A DNA stretch of 64,000 nt from positions 14,742,795 to 14,806,794 of the forward strand of contig NC_092670.1 of assembly GCF_964355755.1 (NCBI RefSeq), in the 5' to 3' direction. The translations under genes and the position numbers were made by a program. The notes under the pieces are model-generated. The model saw nothing but the letters and a program-made list of their open reading frames with translations. It searched no databases and was not told where the DNA came from. The DNA comes from Antedon mediterranea (Eukaryota > Animalia > Echinodermata). Shown one piece after another: positions 15,201 through 27,200 of the stretch. Within the stretch, counting starts at the first letter, position 1, and every line of letters begins with the position of its first letter.

Positions 15201-18200
15201 TGGGAGGAGAGGAAAATAATGAAAAGGATCGGAGCAGCAAAAAACAATGGATTGGACAAAGGATTAAAGAAGGACTAATGATAGAAGAAAGATATGAAGG
15301 TAAAACTAGAAGAGGAAGGAAAAGGGTAACTATGCTTGATGGATTAAAAAATAAAATATATATATTCAACTAAAAGAAGAAGCACTAAATAGAGAAGTAT
15401 GGAGAAAGATGACAGATGACGGACTGGTATTCTATAATAACATTTCAGTGTGTTTGGAGATCGGATTTAGATTTTTTTTTCAAATTATTGATTAAATGCT
15501 TATTACAAACCTGCACAGATTGGAGGTTGGTCTGCGAATTGACCATTATCACACACTGTACTGTTAGGTCCAACAAGTGTATATCCTTCATCACAAACAA
15601 ATGTGCTAACAGATCCGTGCTTTGCTTTGAAAATTATTTTACCGTTCAGCAGTTCTACTCTTTGACAGTCAGCTAACATGTTTAAAAATAAAACTTTGTA
15701 AATATCAATTTTCATTTAGCTATTTGTGGTATTTATACATTACCCACAACATGTTTAAAATGTAATGTATTAGGAATACAGTTGCTGTATACCTAATTGT
15801 ATACATATTATAGGAGGATTGCCAAATAGTAAATAGTGTAGATAGGTGTTAAGATACAGCTGTATATGAACATACAGTTGTATGTGAACAAACTAATAGT
15901 CGGTTGGTATGCTTACATATGTTAACATACAACTATGTGTAAATACAGTAAGTACAGTTATGTGAACATTATAGACCGGCAGCCCAGAGACATTTGGTTA
16001 GATGAGCTAGGTACCAATATCTGACTATCTAAGTGTGTTGGGGGTCACTTGAAGTCAATGAAAATGCCAGTCTGCCGGGTACCCCCTGCTGCGTCTAGAC
16101 CGGGGGACCCCGAAACGTGCTAAAAAATCGGCCCAGGTTAGATGAGAGAGATACCACCTAATTTTACCACCATGGGATGCCCATTGGCATCCTTATACCA
16201 GTATCACAAACGACAGACTTTTTCTCTGCTGCAAAAGGCCCGCCAGACCACCCCCCGCGGGAGGGCCTAAAATGGGGTTAGCATAGATGAGTGAGGTACC
16301 ACTCAAAATTAATGCCAAATGAACAAGTTGTGTTCATACAATACTAAATGGATAACAACAGACTAATTGTCTGCTGCACCGCAAGTGCCAGACACCCTAA
16401 AGTTAGACTAGAGATCCCCCTTCCCCCAACTAGCCCAGCTTAGATATTGTAGATACCACCAGCAACCAATGTTATATGATTTAGCACATTGTAAGCAATA
16501 CCAAATGACCTATTACAGACTATCTGTACACTGCCTTGGCCCTGGCAGACCCCTCTAAAGTTCAACTAGAGACCCCCCTTTCCCCAACTATCCCAGCTTA
16601 GATATTGTAGATACCACCAGCAACCAATGTTATATTATTTAGCACATTGTAAGCAATACCAAATGACCTATTACAGACTATCTGTACACTGCCTTGGCCC
16701 TGGCAGACCCCTCTAAAGTTTGACTAAAGACCCCATTTACCCCAAGTATGGCCTAGCTTAGATATTGTAGATACCACCAGCAACAACAAAAAACACCTAA
16801 AACATTTAATTAAATAAAGTTTAACTTTAATCGAACTAACACAAAACAATTGAAAATATATCACATCAATGACGATAAAATGACCATTACCATTCTAAAG
16901 GGAAAAATAGTTTAAGAGTTTCACTTCAAACTTATATAAGCCAAATATAAACAAGTACGGATTCTGGTAAATTTAGCATTCCTGCTAGAATTGTGAGGAT
17001 CTGGAATTCCTTGCCTTTGAATGTCAAAGATACATTCGTCTGTAACTCTTGCGACCTATTTTTAAGAGAAAGCTTAGTAATCACCTTAATCAAATTCAGG
17101 ATTGTAGTAACTTAATCAAAAGTGATTTGATTAATTAATAGTTGGTAATTTTAAATGCTGTATATTATAATCTTAATCCTCTATATATATTTATATATAT
17201 AAATCCAAAGGCAAATAACTGAAAAAATGACAATGCTGTGGGTATCAGTGGCTGAATCTCAAAAAAAAAGTGAAAAGCTAAATCAAAAGGATAAAGTAAA
17301 ACAGCCAGAAACGTTAGCAGAGCTTTCGGGCAACACTAGCCCTTCATCATTGCAAGTGAAGGATAAGAACTGGCAAGTGCTGCCTGGGTGGACAGGAATA
17401 AAAGAAATACAACAAAAGGAGACAGGGTGGAGTCTGAATAAGAGTAGAAAACAAAGAATGTAGCTTGGTAGAGATACAGTATGAACCATTTTGGAATGAA
17501 ACTAAAAAACAGCTTAAATGGTGGTTAATATTGAAACTTAAATTTTGGTAGACAATGGAATAATTTTACCAACCTGGGAGTATGTTTCTAATGTTAAGTA
17601 CAAAAGGTTTTGTGGTTTTCCTTCTGAAATTTGCAATCGAGTGACCAGCTGAATTAAAATGTTCGGCTACAGGTTGATCAAGCTTTAATGTTTTGATAGC
17701 TGATCTGTGTTGTGTCATTCTCATACGGAGAGTGTTTTTTGTTTCTCCGACGTACTGTTTGCCACAAATATTACAGTATATGAGATAAATGACGTTTTTG
17801 GTTAGACAATTAATTGATTGTCTTATCCGAAAAATGCGGCCAGTTTGGTTACTCTTAAATTTTTCAGTAGAATCAACCAATGGACAAGTTTTGCAAGATT
17901 TGCCGTAAAAGGTGACTGCCCAAATTTTGACTGTCATGAGAGTTAATTTCACTCTTAAATTTGGATCTGACTAATATATCACGAAGGTTGGGAGGTCTAC
18001 GAAATGCAATAATGGGTGGTTCCGGAAAAACAGTCCTGTGGACTGTAGAATGGGCATATGTTTCTCAATAAATTAATAGCCCGTAATGGAGGCAACCTAG
18101 GGCGATAGGTTGTGACCAATGGCACTCTGGTCGAACTTTGCTGACGTGGTTTGTACGTCAGTGTTTGACATCGATGAATATCTTTTGCTTTCTTTATAGT

Positions 18201-21200
18201 AGTTTCGATGTATTCCTTCTTGTAATTTCTATTCCGGAGATGTCCGGTTAGTTCTTCGGTACGATTTTGAAAATCTAAATCTGAAGAACAGATACGTCTG
18301 ATACGTAATGCTTTACTGTTCGGTATGTTTTTAGTACAGTGTTGGGGATGACAACTGCTAGGGAGCAGACAACTGCTAGGGAGCAGGTACATATTTTTAT
18401 CAGTGGGTTTACGGAATAGGTCAGTTTTGAGAGTACAATTTTCTATGGTCACTATAGTGTCCACAAAATCAACGCTACTAGTGGATTTGGTAACTGTAAA
18501 TCTTAGGATCGATGGAGTGTTTTTTTACCATCACAGAAACAGATTTGGCCACCTTATCCGCAATTTCCGGAGTGGGTTCCGTTGTGAGTTATAATGAAGC
18601 TGTCTGAAGGATTCCTCTTAATAAAATTTGATGTCCATAGCAACAGTGGCAGAACCTTTATCAGCGGGTGTAATGATGATAGCTGACGCAATTTGGCAAT
18701 GGCCTGCCTCTCTTGTTTTGAGAGATTGTCACGTTTATCTGGACTCGGGACGTAGTTTTGTACGATTTTTAGGTGGATTCCAGGAACTTTTTGGTTTAAA
18801 TTTGTTAACGTTGCCTTCGTTTTGCGTGGTGCTGCTGTCTGAATCAGCAAAATATTCACGTAATCGCAATATTCTAGAGGAAGACTCTATATCCAAAGAT
18901 AGTTGTGGTGCGCCGACCTGCCTTGGTTTTGGGCAGAATTTAAGTCCTCGGGAAAGAAGTTTTTTCTCTCCTTCGGAAAGTCGACAATTAATTTCAACAA
19001 CTGAATCAGAGGTGTTACTCTGATTCTTGTTATAAATCCCAACGAACCTACTGCAGGGTTTCCTAAAAGCCCTGAAGTCATCCGAAGGTATAGTCATTTG
19101 TGTTGAAATGACCAAGTCTGCAGGTAGACCAAATTTGTGATGTTCCCTTCGGGTCATTACCGTTGATTGTTTACGACAGTCATTGGCGATAAATTAAAAT
19201 TATATATATTTATAATTTTTGTTTTAAAATATTTTTTTTCGATCGAGATACGGTATTGTTCAGTCTATCTGAAGATCGTTTAACGTGAAACACCGTGTAA
19301 TAGACGTCCGTGTTCCATCTCCTTTATAAAAATATATATTCGCTCTTGATTCAAAATGAGCACGTTTGCAGGCTCAACGCATCTATATAAATATATATAT
19401 ATATATAAATATGAATACAGGATTAAGATTATAATATACAGCATTTAAAATTACCCACTATTAATTAATCAAATCACTTTAGATTAAGTTACTACAATCC
19501 TGAATTTTATTAGGGTGATTACTAAGCTTTCTCTTAAAATATGTCCAAGAGTTACAGACGAATGTATCTTTGACATCCAAAGGCAAGGAATGCTAAATTT
19601 ACCCGAATCCATACTTGTTATATATATTTGGCTTATAATATATAAGTTTTATTTGAAACTCTTAAACTATTTTTCTCTTTAGAATGGTAATGGTCATTTT
19701 ATCGTCATTGATGTGATATATTTTCAATTGTTTTGTGTTAGTTCGATTAAAGTTAAACTTTATTCAATTAAACATGTTGTTTTGGGTGTTTTTTTTTGCT
19801 GCTGGTGGTATCAACAATATCTAAGGTAGGCTATACTTAGGGTAAATGGGGTCTCTAGTCGAACTTTAGAGGGGTCTGCCAGGGTCAAGGCAGTGTACAG
19901 ATAGTCTGTAATAGGTCATTTGGTATTGTTTACAATGTGCTAAATCATATAACATTGGTTGCTGGCGGTATCTACAATATCTAAGCTGGAATAGTTGGGG
20001 ATAGGGGGGGGGGGGGTCTCTAGTCTAACTTTAGAGGGGTCTGCCAGGGCCAAGGCAGTGTACAGATAGTCTGTAATAGGTCATTTGGTATTGTTTACAA
20101 TGTGCTAAATCATATAACATTGGTTGCTGGTGGTATCTACAATATCTAAGCTGGAATAGTTGGGGATAGGAGGGGGGGGGGGGTCTCTAGTCTAACTTTA
20201 GAGAGGTCTGCCAGGGCCAAGGCAGTGTACAGATAGTCTGTAATAAGGTCATTTGGTATTTCTTACAATGTGCTAAATCATATAACATTGGTTGCTGGTG
20301 GTATCTACAATATCTAAGCTATGCTAGTTGGGGAAAGAGGGGTCTCCAGTCTAACTTTAGAGGGGTCTTTCAGGGCCAGGGCAGTGTACAGATAGTCTGT
20401 AATAGGTCATTTGGTATTGCTTACAATGTGCTAAATCATATAACATTGGTTGCTGGTGGTATCTACAATATCTAAGCTGGGCTAGTTGGGGGAAGGGGGA
20501 TCTCTAGTCTAACTTTAGGGTGTCTGGCACTTGCGGTGCAGCAGACAATTAGTCTGTTGTTATCCATTTAGTATTGTATGAACACAACTTGTTCATTTGG
20601 AATTAATTTTGAGTGGTACCTCACTCATCTATGCTAACCCCATTTTAGGCCCTCCCTCAGGGGGTCTGGCGGGCCTTTTGCAGCAGAGAAAAAGTCTGTC
20701 GTTTGTGATACTGGTATAAGGATGCCAATGGGCATCCCATGGTGGTAAAATTAGGTGGTATCTCTCTCATCTAACCTGGGCCGATTTTTTTAGCACGTTT
20801 CGGGGTCCCCCCGGTCTAGACGCAGCAGGGGGTACCCGGCAGAATCCCATTTTCAGTGACTTCAAGTGACCCCCAACACACTCAAATAGTCAGATATTGG
20901 TACCTAGCTCATCTAACCAAATGTCTCTGGGCTGCCAGTCTATTACTAAGACCATAACATTTAAGATATAGACATAGCGTCATGTCCCATGGTGTATTAC
21001 AAGTTATATATTTTTTTCCAATGAATTCTATTGTTAACCTGAAACCATGCATCATGATACCACTTGTATACAAATCATTTGTACCGTAAATAACTGACGA
21101 AAAAGATATTTTGTTAAATTTAAATGTTTAATGTGGAGTAAGAGCGGATCCAGGACCCTACTCCCACCCACCCGCCTAAATTTTGCAAATTGTAACGCAA

Positions 21201-24200
21201 AAGATAGGATATCAAATTAAGGTCAGTCCTTCACTTCATCATTTTTAGGCCTTATGGAACCCCTATTTCAAAATCCTTGATCCGACACTGTGAAGCTCAC
21301 TATATTCGACAGCGACAGGATGCATTGGCATTAGAAAGTAATATGATTAATGATAATGATAATAATTTCATTACACTCAAGCAGTTTTATAAATGTAAAA
21401 ATTATCAAAAGCAGCGATTATCAATCATTTACGGTATAAACATTTGTATTTTGTTTTATTATGCTATTTCCTTTCTTTTGTTATATTTCAAAATTCCAAG
21501 TATATAGTAGTAAGAAATTAAAATAACATATTTGTGAACTTCATACCATAACAAATTGGCACATCATAATCATATTGGCCATCGCTACAAGTGAGCTTTT
21601 TTTTGCCTTCCAACCTGTAACCCTCGTTGCATGTGAATTTTACTCTCCCATCATGCATGAAGGAACCAGATACGTCACCATTTGCAAACTGAACGATCTG
21701 TTCACAATCAGCTGTAAGTTATTTAAACATCAAGGTGCATATAAATGTGAACTACTACCAGCATTATTACAAACTAGGATCCATTATAGACCATTTTGTG
21801 AGCAGTTTTGATTTTGGAAGCTAATTTTATATTTCATGTATCTGTTGCAATAGGCACACTTTATCATATTTTACATTGGTTCTTATTTTTGCAGAATTGA
21901 TTCTTGGTTAGATACAACTGGAGAAACAACTAGTCATATACTGTAGCATACATCAATATTCTTGGACAAATTGTTTTCATGGTAACTGTATCAGATAATT
22001 GGTGAGTAATACCCAAAACAAACACCAAGGAAATGTTAATGATGACTGCCAGTTTCACAAAATGGTCTATATGTATCTAACTCACAAACATGCATTAGTA
22101 CAAGTGAACAAGTTATACAAACATGTGTCTCCAATCAAAAGAAAAAAGTGAAATATTTTAAGTTAACCAGAAACCATATAATTATTGTAACGTATTTGCA
22201 TGAGTTAACAGTTATAATATGTAATATTTTTCATCGTTAGTCACCAATGAGTCCACAGTAATATCATCATTATACTCATCATTGTGACTGTCATTATAAT
22301 ACATAATAATAAAAAATATAAATAATAATATCATCAATATAATGTTTATCACTATCTTCACCATAATAGTCATCATTATCATCAAAATTGTCATCATTAT
22401 CATGCTTATCAACATAAGCACCAATAATCATTCTGACCACTTATTCCTTCAATTATTATCAATTAATGAATTAATGTGCACTATTTTTTGACCAAATATT
22501 AATTTATGTCGGAGTTCAAGCATAATATTAAATTGTGACCAACTGGATATTAGTCCACTGTGTTACAACATGCTCTTATACACCACTTGAAAAAAGTGCA
22601 GCAAAATGACAGTACCAAATTTGTGTATTTTGAACAAACCTGTATTCTGTTATACAGTACAGTAATACAAAACCTACCTCTACAAACTGCATATGATGAA
22701 CTGTATTGTCCATTGTCACAAGTTATTGTTGTTTCTCCTACCAATGTATAACCAACATCACATGTGAATGTAATGGATCCTCCATGAGTAAAGTTACCAG
22801 TATAACGGCCATTTAAAATGCTGATTGAAGACTCGCAGTTAGCTGAAGATGTTAGGAAATACTGTATATTGTTAAAGAGCCTTAATACTACTTCTATTTC
22901 AAATAAGAATAATCTATCTAATGAAACATGCTAGTCTGGGTTCAAATGTAAAACCTACCTTTACACACAGCATATGATGAGCTGTATTGTCCATTATCAC
23001 AAGTTATTGTTCTTTCTCCTACCAATGTATATCCAACGTCACAGGTGAATGTAACGGATCCTCCGTGAGTAAAGCTACCAGAGTACTGGCCATTTACAAT
23101 ACTGATGGATGACTCACAGTTACCTAAAGAGAAAGTTTTATCCTGTATCATTTAAATGGCGCTACAATGTATCACTTAAACCTACAACTTTCTTGCAATG
23201 AACATTGTTCAACCAATATTAAAATGTTATCAACACAGTTCAATCAAGTAAACCTCGATGAGACATGAAGTTAACACAAGTACTGTATATAAAAACTGCG
23301 CCATCATTGTGGATGCATGAAGATTTTCCTCAATGTTTGAAGGCATGTGTCTTAATACAATGTATGAATACGTACCTCTGCATTTGGCATATGATGAGCT
23401 GTATTGTCCATTATCACAAGTTATTGTTCTTTCTCCTTCCAACGTATAACCATCATCACATGTGAAAGTAATAGATCCTCCATGAGTATTTCTACCAGAG
23501 TACCCACCGTTTATAATAAGGATGGAGGACTCACAGTTAGCTGGAGAAAAGAAGTGTCATCACAGAAAATTATTCAAATGGTATTTTGTCGTCTGAACCT
23601 TTAAATCACCAAAACTTTGTCGATGAAAGAGTGAGAAGGCATGTCACAACTTTCTTGCTTGCACATAACATGACCTAACTTGTTAATAGGTTGTTGCAAA
23701 TCAACATTTTCCTATAAAAAATAAAAATAATTATTTAGTTTATCAACATTTGTCACATTCTTACCGTAGCAAACAGGGAATGTATCTTGATATTGTCCAT
23801 CTAAACACACAGTACTTGAAACACCAACTAATGTGTATCCATCATTACATGTAAAGGTAGTTATGCCTCCATGTGATTGGTATGACTGTACTTGACCATT
23901 GATAACAGGCGACGGTGTTTGACAGTTGGCTAGAAGAAAACAATTACTTTACTGTCAGTAAAAATATTCACAGAATGATCATTTAATTTTCAACACAAAC
24001 TCTACGGTAAGTTCTTCAAATTCGTTTAGGGATTTCAATTCTTAGTTTAACTGATATTACCTCGACATTCAGCAATAGCTGAACTAAACTGTCCACTATT
24101 ACAAGAAACTGTAGATTCTCCAACAAGTGTGTAACCACCGTCACATACAATGTTAATGGAACCACCATCGATGAAGCTGCCAAATACTTTTCCATTCGCA

Positions 24201-27200
24201 ACACTTGTTGAAGAGTCACAGTTTTCTGAAAGAATAACATTATTGATTATATTTCCCTAGTTCATTAGACAACAGAAACACGAATTGTGACTAAACATAT
24301 CGTTTTAAAAAGATTGGATATAAAATTTATTGTAAAATGAAAAGTAAAGTAGGATAAGAGTACCGAGTACCTACCTCTACACTCAGCGTATGATGAGCTG
24401 TATTGTCCATTATCACAAGTTATTGTTCTTTCTCCTACCAATGTATAACCAACATCACATGTGAATGTAATGGATCCTCCATGAGTAAAGCTACCAGTGT
24501 ATTGACCATTTATAATACTGATGGAAGACTCGCAGTTAGCTGAAGAGAGGACATACAAATGCATAAGTCACCAATAAGATAAGGTAAATAAACATTAGTA
24601 GGGTTCCTATTAATATAAACAATAGGCCTACATGGCTATGGTAATGCATGCTTACCTTTGCATTCAGCATATGATGAGCTGTATTGTCCATTTTCACATG
24701 TTATTGTTGTTTCTCCTACCAATGTATAACCAACATCACATGTGAATGTAATGGATCCTCCATGCGTAAAGCTACCAGTGTATTGGCCATTTACAATACT
24801 GATAGATGACTCACAGTCACCTAATTCAAACACAAAATAGAGTAATTAACCCAACAGCCTTATATGAAAATTAATCAGTTTAGTAGGCATGATAAAATAC
24901 AACAACCATATTTTTTATAATTTTTTTCTTATTTATTTTTGTATTATTTGCAGCCACACAGTCACATTTCAGCAGATTGATTTGTATATTCTGAGATCAA
25001 GGCATATAGTGGTTTATCCGGTGAGTAATCGAAACTGTATAACAATAGCAACAATTCTTTTGAAATTGTTTTTCTTTAAACCTGCTTATGCAATTATTTA
25101 GCCAGTTTTATACACAATTATACACATTGTTATTACAATGACTGCCTCATAAACTTCTACATTGAAACATCCTAAAATCGTACGTCATTACAGTTAGGTC
25201 TACAGCAGTGACTACAGTATAAACATTGTACACGTGATGCCAACAGAATATTGAACTTACGATAACATGCAGGAAAACTTGTACTGTATTGACCATCAAT
25301 ACAGAATACTTGACTGCGTCCATGTAAAGAATAACCAGCATTGCATGAAAATGTGTAGCTTTCTTGGTGATACCAGGCACCAACTACCACACCATTCTCA
25401 AAAGTGTCAATCGGATCGCAATTTTCTGTTAAAGAACAAACAAGTTAACAATATTAATTAATGTGATCCATTTCAGACATGTTTAGTTTTGTCGCAAAAT
25501 GTACTAGGTCACTTTGGTCAATAGGGTCTTCCACAATCTGAATAATAGTTGACAATATTGGGCCCTATCTGAAATTACCAGGTGTCAAACATTTTTTAGA
25601 TTTTTACTTTAAATATGTACCTACCGTGACAACTTGGAGCCAAACTATCCCATGATCCATCAGTACAAGTCCTGTTGGATGGACCCACAAGAGTGTATCC
25701 AGCGTAACATCCATATTGAACTGCTTTGCCGTGAGCAATATCACCAATAATATACCCATTCGGTGGTTCTACTAAGCCATTACAATTTTCTGAAACATTA
25801 AAATGATGAAGTATGTAAATCTGAATCAAGATTTCAATACAATTACAGGGCCTAAATATAATTTTTGTAGTACAGACCTACTGAAATATTTCTCTTTGCT
25901 AACTATATGTATTTATATATTATGTTTGTTTACAAGTAAAGTAGAATTTGGTTGACTAACTATGTTTAAAGTAATTAAATTTTTTTCAATGATATTGCCT
26001 TATAAATCAATTGTCTAATTGACACGAGCCAAGTGAGCAATGTAAGATTTGAACTTATATTCTTACGGTCAAGTAAAACATAAATATAAAAGTAGACATT
26101 ACCATAACAAGCTGGTATAATAGCAGAATATTGACCATCATTACATTCTAATCTAGATGCTCCGACCAATGCATAATCATTGTTACAGGAAAATACAAGC
26201 TCGCTTCCGTGAGTCATTGATCCAACATACATTCCATTGAGGAATTCAAATGGGAAACAGTTTCCTGTTATAAAGAATATGTATGAAATAGTTAAAAGAC
26301 ATTATTTTTTTAGGAAGCAACAAATTGTGCATGGTCGCATGTGTTTTCTTATATCTGTAAATAATGTTCCGTGCACTGTAGACCTACATTAGTTAACCAA
26401 ATGAGTTATTATTAGAGATATATTGAATTATTGATCATTATTGAAGCTGTAGCTATATTGTTAACATGTTTGCCTTCTAAGGTGCAGGATTCAATCGTCT
26501 CATGCCTTTACTTTTGGGAGTTGAAGTTATAGAAAAAATGTATTAAAAAAATGCTATAAAAGAATCACTAAACTTACGTTTGCACTCGGGCAAGTCGTTA
26601 CTAAGAACTCCGTCAGTGCAGACAGCTGATAAACGACCAATAAGCGTAAAGTCTTGATTACATTTGAACACAAGAGTGCTGCCATGCTCCGCATCTCCCT
26701 CGATCTCTCCATTCGGTAGTACTAGATCATTGCAGTTTTCTGTAAGGAAAGTATAAGCAAGTTTGTTAGAAATTGTTGATATGTATGTCGATGCTAGAGG
26801 CAACGGCATGCTTTGTGAAGTGGATTAGAATTTGTAGTTTCCTGATGTGTATGATTTTACCATCAGGCAATATTGGAGAAGTTTTCAATTAAATTGAATG
26901 GAAAATATGCCAAGGTGACAAGGTTAGTTTGATATCTGTATTGTGAAATCCAGAAATGTTAATTTATTACTATCATGATATAGAAGTTGTATTTAAAAGT
27001 TCTGTAAGATTCTATACCGTAACAAATCGGTGGAACATCGCCGCTATAGACACCGTTGAAACATTTAATTGATTTTTCTCCAACCAATTTGTATCCAGCT
27101 TCGCATGAGAATGTTAACGTCTGTCCGTGAAGATTGCTTCCTGTAGCTATCCCATTTTCTGGGGTCACGACTGGTGCACATTTAACTATGGTTTAAAAGA

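Larger units (their letters stand above)
17205..19384 (-). mobile_element. Internally deleted Penelope-like retroelement (Neptune-like; RT remnant + GIY-YIG endonuclease)
   Basis: LSEGEKKLLSRGLKFCPKP, DNLSKQERQAI, IITPADKG, KTDLFRKPTDKNMYL..SSCHP.H, CKTC linker, VIYLIYCNICGKQYVGET..LRMRMTQH; frameshifts; flanked by (TA)n. Confidence 0.9.
15972..20942. mobile_element. 5-kb foldback-type DNA element with ~1.2/1.55-kb TIRs (Academ-like termini) carrying a Penelope-like insert
   Basis: Ends TAGACCGGCAGCCCAGAGAC ... GTCTCTGGGCTGCCAGTCTA flanked by TTA/TTA (alternatively a TA TSD); inverted identity runs 15972-~17200 vs ~19390-20942. Confidence 0.85.

Noticed and set aside
18403-19023. Plus-strand ORFs inside the PLE
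   Set aside because: Antisense to the decayed RT ORF; no motifs
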